In this document: one piece after another, positions 39,973-51,899 of the stretch
Numbering within the stretch: the first letter of the stretch is position 1
How the letters are laid out: each line of letters starts with the position of its first letter
Source: the human T2T-CHM13v2.0 reference genome, Homo sapiens
Assembly: GCA_009914755.4 (NCBI GenBank)
Contig: CP068257.2
Coordinates: forward strand, 9,664,001-9,728,000
Reading direction: 5' to 3'
DNA length: 64,000 nt
The notes under the pieces: generated by a model
Databases searched by the model: none
Seen by the model: the letters and a program-made list of their open reading frames with translations, nothing else
Told to the model about the DNA's origin: nothing
Translations under genes and position numbers: made by a program

Positions 39973-41639
39973 ACATTTTAATAGAGACACTATCAGAGAA
40001 ATACACCAAAATGACTGGACTGAACTGGAAATGGAAAAGGTAGAAATCTCATTTTCTCTTCAGAGACTATTGCAAATTTGTATGTATGTAATACACTAAT
40101 CACATCAGATGCCAGTTTTAAGTACATATTTTCCTCCACTGTGTAGATTTGTTTCAATAAGGAAACATTTCAGAACATACATAATCAATACAAAGCCATT
40201 CTCAGTAATTTATTTTCATTCCATGCCATGTTACTTAGGTTTACATTTACTACCTTAGAAAACATTATGTACAAAAACTTTTCTTTCTTATAGTGAATTA
40301 AATCTCCAACTGCTTTTGTTTCTATTTTAAGAAAGTAAATATTATGACATAAATGTTTGCAATGTTTTTGTTTAAATAAAGTATTTCTAGATTTCTCTTA
40401 ATTCATAGTTACGTTGGTTTCTTTATTGATGTTCAAACACAGACTTTTAAAAATTCATATTTTTTTAAAATGTGTGACTATTTACTTTCTAGTTCAATTT
40501 AAAAAGCATTTACCATAAAAATGGCAGTATCTTTTTGTACAGATGCTACCTCTGAATCAAAGCCTTTCAGCAACTGGCAACAGGAAGCTCTAATGCACTT
40601 TATCCCTAATAGTTATAAAATATGCAATCATCTGAAATCACATATTGATTTCATATTGATTTCCACTTCTTTTCTAACTACGGTTATACGTAAATATTTC
40701 ACTTTCAAAAATAGATCTTTGCCTTTTTATTTAGTTTTTTTTTCCTTGGCTTAGAAATAGTTTTTATGAAATATTCAAATATAAAAATAGTCTGTAAAAG
40801 CAAAGTATGGTTCTTTTTCAGCCAAAACACTTTCCCCTAAGCATTTCATTAGTTATATAAGTGATAAATGTTTTTCTGAATGGGAATTTACCTAAAGTGT
40901 TTCAAAATTAGGTGACCATTTGTGCTTTCCAAACCATACAGAACTTTATATTTATTCCTGGGTAAATCACCCATTTCCTTGTTCATCAAGATCAGGTGAA
41001 ATGATATCCATATGAGATAATTAATTCCTCTGCTATCTATTTTATTATACTTAGTTATCCATTGAAAATAAATATCTACTATAACAAGTAAAATATATAA
41101 TAGTGTAGAAGACAACAAGAGTATGTGTTTGCAGTATGTGTAATAGAGTTAAATATATCTAAATATAGTATGTCTGTATTAAGGCAATGAACATCAATTT
41201 TAGCTAATCACCCTCATTAAAGCAAAGGGCACTACCATATGTGACATAGTTATCATTGACAGTCTGATAAATCTTGTAGCTGAGGTAACGGACAGGGAAG
41301 AGTTTGTGATAGTGAAATTTGTAGAACTAAGATCAAATTACCAAATACGTAGGCATTATTAAACAAATTCTCACCAATTACTTCAAAAATATTGTAACTT
41401 CTATTTAATATTTCTTGTTTTTAATCTTAAAAACTCTAAATTGAGTAGAATTTGAAATAGCAGTAAATTTCAGGTTAATGGAAATAAAATCACACTTGTT
41501 ATTATTGTTCAATTTTTTTTATTAAGTCTGAAGAAATATTTAATTGAATATGACATCTAAGAATGATGGACAAAAGCTTTTTTTCTTTCCACTCCTTTTT
41601 CTGAAAGCTTTGATACAAAAATCATTTGACACAAATGAT

Positions 41640-41897
41640 TTTTTTGTGTGTGACAGGATCTTACTATGTTGCCCAGGCTGAAGTGCAGTGTGCTCATGCA
41701 ATCCTCCCATCTCAGCCTCCTGAGTAGCTGGGACTACAGGCACATGCCGCCATGCCCAGCTAATTTTTGTATCTTTAGTAGAAACAAGATTTTGCCACAT
41801 TGCCCAGGCTGGTCTCCAACTCGTGGGCTGAAGTGATCTGCCCACCTTGGCCTCCCAGTGTTCTGGGATTACAGGAGTGAGCCACTGTACCCGGCTG
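41640..41897 (-). mobile_element. Alu SINE, minus orientation
   Basis: The sequence runs ttttttgtgtgtgacaggatcttactatgttgcccaggctgaagtgcagtg...cctcagcctcctgagtagctgggactacaggcacatgccgccatgcccagctaatttttgta...tctgggattacaggagtgagccactgtacccggctg. Confidence 0.95.
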
Positions 41898-42419
41898 ATG
41901 CAAATGATTTCTATTATTAATATCTTGCAGTTATTCTTCCATCAGATAACCATCAATGTCAAAATAAAGATTATTAATTACTGAAGGACTGAAAAATCAA
42001 AAATCAACTTCATGAGATGCTTTACAAACAAGTGATCTCTTTTAATATTTGACTCAGTAAAATTTTTTAAGAAAAGTTAAGTTTGTGTTTTTATTTGTGT
42101 ATACTCTCTAGTGCTTAAATGTATCAGGATAGAACTTTTCTAAACTAGGTCAGTCTTTTTTCTATATCTATGGTTGAATACTTCAGTTAAATAAAGCAAT
42201 GGTAGATAGCAAACTATGTTATAATTGGCATTTTGGGCACTTGCTGCAATTAATTGCCAAAAAAAGCATATCTCACCACAATTGATCTCTCATTTTTCCA
42301 CTCTCATTTATTTCCCTTCACTTTCTTCTTGGCTTCTGCAAAAGCATTTGTTTTTCCTTTTTCTTTCTTCTTTAAAAAAATATATTTGAAGAGATTTACT
42401 CTAAGCCAAATATGAGTCA

Positions 42420-43080
42420 CCATGGCCAGTGACACAGCATTCAGGAGGTCCTGAGAACATGTGCCCAAGGTGGTTGGGAGGCAGCTTGCTTTTATACATT
42501 TTAGAGAGGCATGAGACATCAATTAACTACACTTGAGAAATACATCAGTTTGATCCAGAAAGGTGGGACAACTCAAAGCAGAGGGAGTGGGGGTGGGAGG
42601 GGTTGGGGGTGGCAGGGGGGTTGGGGGATGGGAGGGTATTGGGGTTTGGGGGTTGGTTCCAGGCTATAGGTGAATTTAAACATTTTCTGGTTGATAATTG
42701 GTTGAGTTTGTTTCAAGACCTGGGATTGATAGAAAGGGAATGTTCAGGTTAAGATAAAAGATTGTGGAGACCAAGGTTCTTTTGAAGTCATAACAGTGGC
42801 TGCCGTTAGAGACAATAAATGACAAGTGTTTCCTATTCAGATCTTTAAAAGGTACTAGACTTTTAGTTAATCTCTTTAGGACTGGGAGGGCCGTTTTTAC
42901 ATATTATAATTTATCTCCTTCATGTCTGTAACGAAGATAGGAATCGCTATAAAGTGTCTTCCCAGTTTCTGCCTAACCACATCCCTGGATTTCCTGGCCC
43001 CTGGCTTGGCATATGTTTGGGGTTAGCCTTCTCCCACTGCTAATTTGTATGCCATAAGATGGTTGTTTTGTTCCTCAGTA
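42420..43080. mobile_element. Probable interspersed repeat, family not identified
   Basis: The words cttttatacattttagagaggcatgagacatcaattaactacacttgagaaatacatcagtttgatccagaaaggtgggacaactcaaagcag ... catgtctgtaacgaagataggaatcgctataaagtgtcttcc are ones I recognise as recurring in human repeats (LTR or DNA-element type). I cannot name the family from memory. Confidence 0.3.
42586..42665 (+). repeat. G-rich low-complexity tract (GGGGTTGGGGG-like units); G-quadruplex-forming potential
   Basis: The tract gagtgggggtgggaggggttgggggtggcaggggggttgggggatgggagggtattggggtttgggggttgg has more than 10 G-runs of 3 or more G. Confidence 0.85.
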
Positions 43081-43475
43081 CATTTATGTCAGATATAATT
43101 GTTACTGTAGTAAACAACTATTGTGTAAAACAATGATAAGTGAGTGTGAAAGTAAAAAAACAAATCAGAAAATGAAGCAGAATGTAAATAATTGATAAAG
43201 ACAAGTTCTGAAAAAATGTCAAATTGGATTTAGGAGTCAGACACCTGTAAGAGGTTTATTTGAGGGGCTAAGCGTGCTGGTATTTACACACATATTACTT
43301 CTTGTGTCTCTTCAATTTATTGGTTCATTTCAAAAAACCAAAGCTAAAAATCATAAAATATTCATTATGTAAAAAAAAGAATGTTCAATGAATCCATACA
43401 TACATACCGAAGACCTTTGTCAGATAGTTGACAAGTATATTTGCATATATGTTTTCCAAGGTAAAAGAAAATTTG

Positions 43476-43800
43476 TGGCTGGGCACGGCAACTCATGCCT
43501 GCAATCCCAGCATTTCAGGAGGCCAAGGCCGGTGGATCAGCTGAAGTCAGGCATCCAAGACCAGCCTGGCCAACACGGTGAAACCCCATCTCTACTAAAA
43601 ATACAAAAAAATAGCTGGGCGTGGTGGCTGGCACCTGTAATCCCAGCTACTTGGGAGGCCGAAGCAAGAGAATTGCTTGAACCCGGGAGGCAGAGTTTGC
43701 AGTAAGCTGAGATCAAGCCACTGCACTACAGCCTGGGCAACAAGAGTGAAACTCTGTCTCAAAAAAAAAAAAAAAAAAAAGAAAAAGAAAAAGAAAAAAG
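43476..43800 (+). mobile_element. Alu SINE, plus orientation, with a long A/GA-rich tail
   Basis: The sequence runs ggctgggcacggcaactcatgcctgcaatcccagcatttcaggaggccaaggccggtggatcagctgaagtcagg...gcctgggcaacaagagtgaaactctgtctcaaaaaaaa...gaaaaagaaaaag. A possible TSD is gaaaatttgt / gacaatttgt. Confidence 0.95.
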
Positions 43801-44965
43801 ACAATTTGTAGGATATGGATAAGTAATTCATTTTAGAAGAATTTTTTTTTGTAGAATGATTTGTGCTAAAGCAATACATCTCTTTCTATCATATACTGAT
43901 ATCTTGAAAATTTTATAACGTTTCTTGTCACTTTCAGTATTTTAAAAATAGGATTGATTCTAAGTTTTGAGTTTATGGTGCATTTGAATATTAGAGATAT
44001 TATCTCATACATTTCAAAGTTTTGCTGCATTCTAAACTCAGTCCTGCCTTAGCCTTAGTAATGGCAATGAAGTGCGGGGATAGAATGTTCACTATTTTTT
44101 TATGTGCTGTTAAAATTTCATACCTCCTGTTCTATCTTGAAGTCTTACAGTTTTGGAATGGTGAGTGGGGGAAACAAGCATAAAACTATTACATAATTCA
44201 TGTAGTTTTCACTGGGCAACAGTATCTATCCTCTGAATGGTGAAATGGCTACTTTTCATTTATTTATTTTTTTCTTTCCTGGGGTAAAACGCTTGAAAAC
44301 TGCACCACTGGGAAATTGCAGCTATAGTCCATGTTTCAACATAGTCCATGCTTCTTTGAGTTGGCCACTTAATGTTTACTCTCATCTCCTTAGGTTTAGC
44401 AGTAAAGACCAGTAAGATTTCTTCTGTTAGGATCATCTAGCCATTCCAAACATTTCTCTTAGATTTGATTCTTTCAAGACAAATCAACCCAATAAAAAGC
44501 TCATAAATAACGGTGATCTAGCTACCACATTTGATGTTCTCATCTGACCAAACCAAATTTTATGTATACATTCAATTCTCAATCCAACCTAGTCTGTTTG
44601 CCTAAACCATTCCAGACAAACTTCCACTTCGAAGGTTTTAAATGCATAAGTCAGATAGCAATCCTTCAGTTGCCCCAGAGGCACATCACGTTCTTTGAAT
44701 GCTTCATTATAGTCCTCTTCATTTAGCAATCAGTGAGGCAATACACTGGCATCATGATCCCTTTTTTTAGGAACTCTGTACAAAATTCCCTTTGAAAATA
44801 TAAATTTTGGAAATGAGTGATGAGCAAAGGGGTTTCATTAACATTATCACAATCTCTTGATATATCTGCTTGATAATGTAGCACCTATTATTTGGGGCCA
44901 TTAGGACCTTGGCTGAAATTCTGGTAAATGTAAAGAAACCACATTTAACATCCAGTTAATTTAAT

Positions 44966-45277
44966 TTTTGTTTGTTTGTTTGTTTTGTTTTTGTTTTTGT
45001 TTTTGAGACGTTGTCTTACTATGTCACCCAGGCTAGAGTGCAGTGGTGTGATCTCGACTCACTGCAACCTCCACCTCCACCTTCTGGGTTCAAGCAATTA
45101 TCTTCCTCAGCCTGGGATTACAGGAACCCACCACCATGCCCACCTAATTTTGTATTTTTAGTAAAGACGGGGTTTCACTATCTTGGTCAGGCTAGTCTTG
45201 AAGGCCTGACCTCGTGATCCACCTGCCTCGACCTCCCAAAGTGCTGGAATTACAGGCATGAGCCACCTTGCCTGGCC
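44966..45277 (-). mobile_element. Alu SINE, minus orientation, with a (GTTT)n-like tail
   Basis: A tttgtttgtttgttttgtttttg stretch is followed by agacgttgtcttactatgtcacccaggctagagtgcagtggtgtgatctcgactcactgcaacctcc...cctcccaaagtgctggaattacaggcatgagccaccttgcctggcc. Confidence 0.95.
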
Positions 45278-45764
45278 TCAATATTGTTTTTAATAATTTC
45301 TGCTTTACTTGCAGTTAATCCTATCAGGCCTTCTACCATACCCAGTTGTGTCAGCAAGATCTGTACAATGATAAGTAACACATGGCTCCCAGGGCTAAAC
45401 ATATTCCTAACACTTATATAAACACTTTTTCAGAAATTTGACAATATTTTATAATTAAACAATATCTTATTTTACAAGAAAAGATATGGTATCACAATAC
45501 TCTGAGCAAAGAGTTAATTTGCTTCTCAAATTTCCTAGATAATGAAGTAGTCCTAAAATATTTAACTCAGTATTGGTAATAGTTTCAATTTGAGGAAGTG
45601 TTCTGAATAGCCTTTTTAATGCTGATGTCATAAGATTGTGTTACAAACACACTTTCATTTAAAGACACTTTATTTTTAATTTTGTTCTAAAAACTAAAAT
45701 TATATATAAATACACATGCATCCTAAACTATATATGTATAATATACATATATGTATATATATAC

Positions 45765-45815
45765 ACACAGAGAGAGAGAGAGAGAGAAGGAGAGAGAAAC
45801 AGAGACAAAGAGAGC
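45765..45815. repeat. (GA)n-rich simple repeat
   Basis: The tract acacacagagagagagagagagagaaggagagagaaacagagacaaagagag is directly visible. Confidence 0.9.
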
Positions 45816-47040
45816 CATAAATCCTGAATTTGTTGTTGTCAGTGGTGTTTGATAGCATCACTTTTTAACTCAATAGGATGTATCTGCACAAAGCTAAAAT
45901 TAATTTATTTTTGCCATACAAGGCAAGTGTATCTTGTTGATGTCTATAGAGAAAATAAATCACCCTCTAAAGAACGGTTTATAAATAAATAATTGATATC
46001 TGAAAATTCAGAAAAAAATACCACTATCATTTTACTTACCATATTGCATTGAAATTATATGTTTATGCTTCTCTTGCTTCTACCTCTCTGTGAATTCAAG
46101 GTTAGAAAAGGAGAAATTTTTATCTTAGCATTCCCAGGACCAATCACAATATCTAATACTTACAGCATGCAATAAATGTTGGTTGAACTAAAATAAATCT
46201 GATATAAAAACAAATAATGCTTTAGGGAAGTGATTTTTCATTTGAGATTATTTTCTCAGAAAAATTAACATGACCAGGTTGTCATCCTATGCAAACATTA
46301 GTATGCCTTATTGATTTTTCACTAAGTTATATAGCTTATATTATAAGACTTTTTTATGGGTGTCTCTACCTATAGATTCCAGGCACTAACAAACGTGTAG
46401 AAACTCATAAATTTAATGCATTTTATCAAGTTGATTAATATAGCATGAACATTTTTCAACTGGCTTCACAAATCATTTATTGTTAAATGTTATTCTTATA
46501 CCTGTATTAGAGAGAAAAAAGCCAGAGGTGGCAAGGTGATATACAGATCAACTGGAAATCCACAAGTTTTGGTTTGGAACTCTTTGGAAAATTGAATAAA
46601 GAGTCACACCTTGCTCAAAACTGAATCAGTAAAAGTGATGTACATATCAATAAACAAACTAATAAAAAAGCATTAAAAATATAGTCAGCATATATTTTTC
46701 TGGAATATAAAATTGAGGAACTAGAATAATTCAACTTGAATAAGTGTAACTAATTCATTTTCTGCAAAATATTACCCAGAGATTGAGTATTTTTCTATTT
46801 ATTCTATTGGAAAAAAATGATATACCACTGTACTGGAAATATTCAGAAAAGTTTGTCTATTTTTTAAAATTGTACTTATTATACCTTTATAACCGTGAGA
46901 TAATATATTTATTATTTGAATGAGAATAAATGTTTATGATTTATACAAACATGCCTGACACAGACTACTATGCCCACAAAAGTTGAATGGTTGTTTTTAG
47001 CTTATATATACCTATACGGGTTAATAGATATATCTTTACT

Positions 47041-47338
47041 TCTTTTTTCTTTTTTTTTGAGACAGAGTCTCACTCTGCAGCCCAGGTTGGAGTGCAGTGA
47101 CATGATCTCGGCTCACTGCAACTCCGCCTCCCATGTTCACGCTATCCTCCTACCTCAGCCTCCTGAATAGCTGGGACTACAGGTGCCCGCCACCACGCCC
47201 GTCTTATTTTTTGTATTTTTAGTAGCGATGGGGTTTCACCGTGTTAGCCAGGATGGTCTCAATCTCCTGACATTGTGATCTGCCTGCCTCAGCCTCCCAA
47301 AGTGCTGGGATTATAGGCGCGAGCCACCGCACCCGGCC
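47041..47338 (-). mobile_element. Alu SINE, minus orientation, flanked by a ~17-bp TSD
   Basis: A poly-T stretch is followed by gagacagagtctcactctgcagcccaggttggagtgcagtgacatgatctcggctcactgcaactccgcctcc...ggattataggcgcgagccaccgcacccggcc. The TSD atatatctttacttc(tt) is present immediately 5' (47025-47040) and 3' (47341-47357). Confidence 0.95.
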
Positions 47339-47605
47339 AATATATCTTTACTTCTTATAAGAAATGAGTAACTTTATTAATTCTACCAACAGATAACATT
47401 CTTCCTCTCAGAGAGTAATATGCAATCATTTCCTAACCTTATTTTATTGCGCTATATTTTAAATATAATAAACGTGTCAAAAATGTGGTTTCGTACTTTT
47501 TATAAATTGATATATTTACCTAATTACACTAAATCTAGAAAATACTATTGTGCTTATTCAAACTTCTCTTCTCTTCTTCAGAGGCAAACCTGTATAACTT
47601 CTTTG

Positions 47606-47745
47606 GTTTGTTTGTTTTAAGACGTAGTCTTACTCTGTTACCCAGGCTAGAGTGCAGTGGTACAATGTGAGGTCACTGCAACCTCCGCCTCCCGGGTTCA
47701 AGCGATTCTCCGGCTTCAGCATCCCAAATAACTCGGATTAAACCC
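47606..47745 (-). mobile_element. Partial Alu (one arm, ~135 bp), minus orientation
   Basis: The fragment gtttgtttgttttaagacgtagtcttactctgttacccaggctagagtgcagtggtacaatgtgaggtcactgcaacctccgcctcccgggttcaagcgattctccggcttcagcatccc is directly visible. Confidence 0.85.
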
Positions 47746-48160
47746 TTATAATTTCTATCATGATTGATTAATTTTGTTCATCTTCAAATTCCAATAATTA
47801 GAATTCCTACAGGATGTGTGTGTGAGTGTGTATCTGGTTTATTTTCTTTAGCATAAATAAATATTTGAGATTTAGCCAAATATTTGTGTGTATCATTTGT
47901 TTATTTTTCCTCATATTTCTGAGTTGCCTATGTATTTGTCAGAGTTTGCTTATTCATTAGTCTGTTAGTGAATATTCAGATTGCTTTCAGAATTAGCTTT
48001 TACAAATAAAGGACTTAGGTGCATTCTCAAACAGGTTTTTGTGTAAATATATGCTTTTATTTTTGTTGGATAAATTTCTAGAATTGAAATTGCTGTGCTA
48101 TAGGGTAGATATATGTTGGCCTTATTTAGAAGCGAATTATTTTTCAAAGCGGTTGTTCCG

Positions 48161-48162
<2 letters not shown>

Positions 48163-48198
<36 letters not shown>

Positions 48199-48485
48199 AG
48201 ACAGTCTCGCGCTGTCGCCCGGGCTGGAGTGCACTGGCGTGATCTGGGCTCACCGCAAGCTCCACTTCTCAGGTTCACGCCATTCTCCTGCCTCAGCTTC
48301 CTGATTAGTTGGGACTACAGGCGCCCGCCACCACACCCGTCTAATTTTTTTTTTTTTTTGTATTTTTAGTAGAGACGGGGTTTCACCATGTTAGCCAGGA
48401 TAGGCTCGATCTCATGACCCCGTGATCCACCCGCCTCGGCCCCCCAAAGTGCTGTGATTACAGGCATGAGCCACCGCGCCCAGCC
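48163..48485 (-). mobile_element. Young Alu (AluY-like, many CpGs retained), minus orientation, ~38-nt poly-T, 8-9-bp TSD
   Basis: The sequence runs gagacagtctcgcgctgtcgcccgggctggagtgcactggcgtgatctgggctcaccgcaagctcc...gcgcccgccaccacacccgtc...gagccaccgcgcccagcc. The TSD (c)ggttgttc is present at 48151-48158 and 48486-48493. Confidence 0.95.
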
Positions 48486-49405
48486 GGTTGTTCTATTTTA
48501 CACTCTCACAAGAAATAGACATGACTTCTAGTTTCCCCACATATTTGCCAATATTAGTATTATCATTTTAAATGGTAGTCTTTCCAGTTTCAATGCATTT
48601 TGGTTGCATTTCCCCTTATCTAATAATATTGAGCATCTTTTCACATTCCTATAAGCCACTTGTATCTCTTGTTTTGTGAAATACCTGTTCAAGATTCTTA
48701 TAACTATTTAGTGGATCTCAGGAGTACTCTGTGCGTTTTGAACACGCAATTTTTTTCTCATACATATATGGAATAATTTATCACAGTCTATGGCTTAAAA
48801 TTATATTTTCTTACATTTTGCAGTTTTATTAGGATACATTTTTAATTAATATCTACAATTTATCAATTTTTAATCTTATGATAGTGCTTTCTCTGTTCAG
48901 AAATATTTTTCCTATTATAATAGCTCACAGATATTGTTTAATTTTTTTCTTTTAAAAGCTTTCTGAATTTTGCTTTTTCATTTTTATGCCTACATTAAAA
49001 ATATCGGATTAGTTTTGTGTATACAAAGGACTGATGCATGTATTTTTTTAATATGAGAATGCATTTATTTCAAAAGCCTTTGTTAAAGACTTACTTTCCC
49101 CACTGAATTATCTACATGCCCTTATAAACATTTAATTTACTGCATAGGTGGAGGTCTAATTTTGAACCCATCTTTATCCTTATTATTTTTGTGTTATGAT
49201 GCTTTGATACTGCAGCTTTCTTAGATGTCTGAAAATTGGCTCTATTTTTTTCTCAAAATTCTAGGTCCTATGAATTTTCTAAACAAATTTTGGAAACAGC
49301 TTGTGAATTTCTCTCAAAATGTTTGCCACAATTTACTATAGAGTTGTAGTAAATAGATATAGAATTCATTGTAGTCAATAAATTACAAACTATAGATTGC
49401 ATTGA

Positions 49406-49708
<303 letters not shown>

Positions 49709-50164
49709 CCCTACTGCATTGATTCTAAAGATTAACTTCCAGAGAATTCACATCAAACAATGTTGCATCTTCAAATCTATGAATATGGTAGTTCTTTACA
49801 TTTATTTAGGTCTTCTGTAATGTTTCTCTACAAGAAATTTTAAAAAGTTTTAGAGTGAAAGATTTTTAAAGGTTTCACTTAAATTATTCTTAACTATTTT
49901 TATACCATTAAAATTTTACTTTTAAATGTATTCTCAATTGTTTATTTCTAGTATTTAGAAATTCCATTAATTTTACATATTGTATTTTATGTATTGACCT
50001 TGCATTCTACACATTCTGCACCATTATTGAATTTGATTCTTATTATTCACAGCTTTTTAAATAAATGTATTAGGATTTTCTTCATACACAATATACATAC
50101 ATAAGTTCTGTGAATAAAAATATTTTTTCTTTTCACTTTTCAATTTTTATGCTTTTCATTTCTT

Positions 50165-51470
50165 GACCCCATGCAAATCTGAAATCCAGAGGGGCAGCCA
50201 AATCTTAAAGCTCCAAAATGATCTCCTTTGACTCCATGTCTCACATCCTGATCATGCAGATGCAAGAGGTGGGTTCCCATGGTATTGGGCAGCTCTGCCC
50301 CTGTGGCTTTGCGGGATATAGCCTGCCTTCTGGCTGCTTTTGTGGGCTGGTGTTGAGTGTCTGTGGCTTTCCCAGGCACATGGTGTTGTTGGTGGATCTA
50401 ACATTCTGAGGTCTGGAGGATGGTGGCCCTCTTCCCACAGGTCCACCAGGCGGTGGTGCCCCAGTAGGGACTCTGTGTGGGGGCTCCCACCCAACATTTC
50501 CCTTCCTCACTGCCCTAGCAGAGGTTGTCAATGAGGGCCCCATCCCTGCAGCAAACTTTTGCATGGGCATCCAGGTGTTTCCATATATCTTCTGAAATCT
50601 AAGCAGATGTTCCCAAACCTCAATTCTTGATTTCTGTGCATCCACAGGCTCAACACCACATGGAAGCTGCCAAGGCTTGGGGCTTCCACCCTATGAAGCA
50701 ACAGCTCAAGCTGTACTTTGGTCCCTTTTAGTCACAGCTGGAGTGGCTGGGATGCAGGGCACCAACACCCTACACTGCACACAGCATGGGGACCCTGGGC
50801 CCAGCAAAACCATTTTCCTCTAGGCCTCTGAGACTGTGATGGGAAGGGCTGCTGTGAAGACTTCTAACATGCCCAGGAGACATTTTCACCATTGTCTTGG
50901 GGATTGACATTCAGTTCCTTGTTACTTATGCAAATTTCTGCAGCCAGCTTAAATTTCTCCTCAGAAAATGGGTTTTTCTCTTCTATCACATTGTCAGGCT
51001 GCAAATTTTCTGAACTTTTATGCTCTGCTTGCCTTATAAACTGAAACTGAATGCCTTTAAAAGCACCCAAGTCACTTCTTCAATGCTTTGCTGTTTAGAA
51101 ATTTCTTCTGTCAGATACCCTAATTCATCTGTCAAGTTCTAAGTTTCACTAATCTTTAGGGCATGGGCAAAATGCTGTCAGTCTCTTTGCTAAAACATAA
51201 CAAGAGTCAACTTTGCTCTAGTTTCTAACAAGTTCCTCAACTCCATCTGAGACCACATCAGCCTGGATCTCATTGTTCACATCATTATCAGCGTTTTGGT
51301 CAAAGCCATTCAAAACGTCTCTAGGAAGTTCCAAACTTTCCTGCATTTTCCTGTCTTCTGCTGAGCCCTTCAAACTGTTCCAACCCCCGCCTGTTACGCA
51401 GTTCCAAAATTGCTTCCACATTTTCAGGTATCTTTTCAGCAGCATCCCACTCTACTGATACCAGTTTACT
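50165..51470 (-). mobile_element. ERVL-MaLR (THE1/MST-type) internal region, 3'-truncated
   Basis: The sequence is contiguous with the LTR below. It reads ...gctttgcgggatatagcctgccttctggctgcttttgtgggctggtgttgagtgtctgtggctttcccagg...ccaaggcttggggcttccaccc...cagctggagtggctgggatgcagggcaccaa...ttcctcaactccatctgagaccacatcagcctggatctcattg..., matching my memory of MaLR internal sequence. The GC-rich track ORFs (50241-50645 etc.) lie here. Confidence 0.65.
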
Positions 51471-51826
51471 GTATTAGTCTGTTTTAATGCTGCTGATAAA
51501 GACATACCCAAGACTGGGCAATTGACAAAAGAAAAAAGGTTTAATTGGACTTACAGTTTCATGTAGCTGGGGAAGCCTCACAATCATGGTGGAAAGCAAA
51601 GAGGAGCAAGTCATAACTTACATGGATGGCAGCAGGCAAAGAGAGCTTGTGCAGGAAAACTCCCCCTTATAATAACCATCAGACCTCATGAGACTTACTC
51701 ACTATCAGGAAAACAGCACAGGAAAAGCCTACCTCCATGATTCAGTTACCTCCCACCAGGTTCCTCCCAAAAGGTATGGGAATTCAAGATGAGATTTGGG
51801 TGGGGACACAGCCAAACCACATCAAT
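51471..51826 (-). mobile_element. MaLR LTR (THE1/MST-like), 5' LTR of the minus-strand element
   Basis: The LTR reads tgtattagtctgttttaatgctgctgataaagacatacccaagactgggcaatt...cacaatcatggtggaaagcaaagaggagcaagtca..acatggatggcagcaggcaaagagagcttgtgcagg...ccatcagacctcatgagacttactcactatcagg...tcccaccaggttcctcccaaaagg..gggaattcaagatgagatttgggtggggacacagccaaaccacatca. This is the reverse complement of TGATATGGTTTGGCTGTGTCCCCACCCAAATCTCATCTTGAATT...CAGTCTCGGGTATGTCTTTATCAGCAG..AATACA. Confidence 0.85.
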
Positions 51827-51899
51827 GAAGCTCTCTGTCGTATATGTTAATGCTGATAATGTTTTTTTGTTTTGTTTTTGAGGAGATCTTAGAGACGAA

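Noticed and set aside
50241-50645. 134-aa and 81-aa GC-rich minus-strand ORFs (P/G-rich) that look gene-like in an AT-rich window
   Set aside because: They lie inside the ERVL-MaLR internal region adjacent to its THE1-like LTR. They have low-complexity translations and no start context. They are degenerate retroviral remnants, not a cellular gene.
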